DNA of 33,776 nucleotides, from contig CAZNJI010000002.1 of assembly GCA_964573395.1 (NCBI GenBank), positions 64,931 through 98,706 of the forward strand, in the 5' to 3' direction. Both the position numbers and the translations under genes were made by a program. The notes beneath the pieces were generated by a model. The model worked only from the letters and a program-made list of their open reading frames with translations. It ran no database searches and was not told where the DNA came from. This stretch comes from an uncultured Candidatus Saccharibacteria bacterium. GTDB taxonomy: Bacteria > Patescibacteriota > Minisyncoccia > Phycocordibacterales > UBA9973. Of this stretch, positions 32,787-33,776 are shown one piece after another; within the stretch, counting starts at the first letter, position 1, and every line of letters starts with the position of its first letter.

Positions 32787-33719
32787 ATGAATACCACTTT
32801 TAAAACATACGCATCCATATTCCTTATTACAGTACCACTTCTTTTTCTGGCGGAAACGCTTCAAGCGCAATTCGTGTATCCGCCGGTATATCCGGCATTT
32901 CCGAATAACAATACCGAAGCCTTAATTCACGTCGGCGCCGATCAGGTGAAAGGAAATACCACAAACAGTTCAGGCCTTGCGGTCGGCGCGTTCGTAGCCA
33001 AACAGAATGCTTCGCTTGATGGGCAGAGTTTTTTTACCGGCCACTTAAACGGATTGTTCTTAAGTACGGTTCCAGGCGGCGTTGGTTTTTTTCCGAATAC
33101 CACTCATTTTTCAATGTTGCGATTCGGTGGAACCATTTCTGGTGATCCGCAGCCCAAAAAAGCCACCATCGATATAAATGGAAAATTATCATCTCTCTAC
33201 GGCCTTAGTTCAGGCATGCTTGCTTCAACAGAGAGCGAAACGGAACTCTGCGCCGAACAGGATGGAACGATTATTCTTTGCTCCGATGCGCTCTGGGAGC
33301 CGATATACGTAGTGGTGAATGAAACTTTTACTCCTGCTGAGAATCATTATCAGTGCATTGATTCAAACGGCGATCCAATCGGCTATACGGTTCAAGACGG
33401 ACAAGAACACGTGACGGTTACGCTTGAGTTTTATCGAAGCCAGACTGATTATCAAAACAGTGGTAACTTCTTCGTGTGTGGATTTAGCCAGTGCAAGTTC
33501 GACGTAACCGGAAGAAATTTGGTCATCAAATATGCGTTCAACGGTACGCAGCAACAGACTCCGGCGCTCGCCGGCATGAGTCATGTACTCTTCAGTAATT
33601 TGCCGACCGATCGAATCGTTGGGGATGTATACAATTGCTCGGTGGAAGCGACTCCCGTAAACACTTACACTATCCAGAACGGAACCGCGCTACCTGTTCC
33701 ATATCAGCTGAACCCGTAA
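32787..33719 (+). CDS. Secreted protein, paralog 3: shared core plus a different C-terminal domain
   Basis: The ATG at 32787 (MNTTFK...) lies 2 nt after the previous stop. Signal ends LQA, then QFVYPP ... LIHVGADQVKGN..SGLAVGAFVAKQNASL ... RFGG ... ELCAEQDGTIILC, then about 150 aa unrelated to the paralog 2 extension. Confidence 0.72.
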   Translation: MNTTFKTYASIFLITVPLLFLAETLQAQFVYPPVYPAFPNNNTEALIHVGADQVKGNTTNSSGLAVGAFVAKQNASLDGQSFFTGHLNGLFLSTVPGGVGFFPNTTHFSMLRFGGTISGDPQPKKATIDINGKLSSLYGLSSGMLASTESETELCAEQDGTIILCSDALWEPIYVVVNETFTPAENHYQCIDSNGDPIGYTVQDGQEHVTVTLEFYRSQTDYQNSGNFFVCGFSQCKFDVTGRNLVIKYAFNGTQQQTPALAGMSHVLFSNLPTDRIVGDVYNCSVEATPVNTYTIQNGTALPVPYQLNP

Positions 33720-33776
33720 AGGTGCGATACTCACACTCTTTTTCCTTGTGCTCTCTCGGCAAGGCGCTATATACTA

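Noticed and set aside
31451-33719. Diversity-generating retroelement targeting the paralog C-termini
   Set aside because: No reverse transcriptase gene and no template/variable repeat pair are visible in the window. This cannot be excluded beyond the window edge.
1-33776. Alternative genetic code (UGA recoded as in Gracilibacteria/Absconditabacteria, or a UAG reassignment)
   Set aside because: All conserved genes (comM, cca, rny, nusA, tig, clpP, xth and others) are single uninterrupted ORFs. TGA ends the DksA-like gene at its expected C-terminus. TAG ends xerC, xth and comM. TAA ends ppa, nusA and rny. The standard code 11 fits.

Overview
This is a 33.8-kb chromosomal segment that uses the standard bacterial genetic code. 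TAA, TAG and TGA all end recognisable genes, and no conserved gene is broken by an in-frame stop. By inference only, the gene content fits a small-genome Patescibacteria/CPR-like bacterium: compact housekeeping genes, mostly without clear Shine-Dalgarno sequences, sit among many secreted or single-pass membrane proteins of unknown function.

Recognisable genes:
- Cell wall and DNA: LysM/M23 peptidase, comM/yifB, xerC-like recombinase, xth, yraN, HU.
- RNA and translation: a DksA/TraR-like protein, a NYN-domain protein, rpsO, cca, rny, nusA.
- Protein quality control and metabolism: clpP, tig, ppa.
- Other: a VirD4/TraD-like ATPase.

There are five tRNA genes: Gly-GCC, Arg-UCG, Pro-UGG, Gly-CCC and Gly-UCC. 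There is no rRNA, no CRISPR array, and no clear transposon or prophage.

Structure not explained by the genes:
- A perfect 25-bp inverted repeat brackets tRNA-Pro, the only tRNA here with an encoded CCA.
- Degenerate copies of the tRNA 3' end lie 140-175 nt downstream of tRNA-Arg and tRNA-Gly(UCC).
- A 13-bp hairpin sequesters the acceptor 3' strand of tRNA-Arg.
- A perfect-consensus promoter drives a roughly 460-nt locus with no intact ORF.
- An 18-bp palindrome sits just upstream of yraN.

The best candidate for an undescribed system is the co-directional five-gene block at 29.5-33.7 kb. It encodes a secreted protein with WSxNxGW repeats and Ig-like domains, a small single-pass membrane protein, and three paralogous secreted proteins. 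The paralogs share an N-terminal module (FT[E/P]P ... QVKxGGLSV ... CAxxxGKLxxC) but carry unrelated C-terminal domains.

Secondary candidates are an orphan 900-aa soluble VirD4/TraD-like ATPase, a 1202-aa mosaic lectin/esterase/peptidoglycan-binding surface protein flanked by tRNAs, and a trigger factor that lacks its PPIase domain.

All calls come from reading the sequence and the ORF track. Small-feature coordinates are good to about +/-2 nt. No database search was run.
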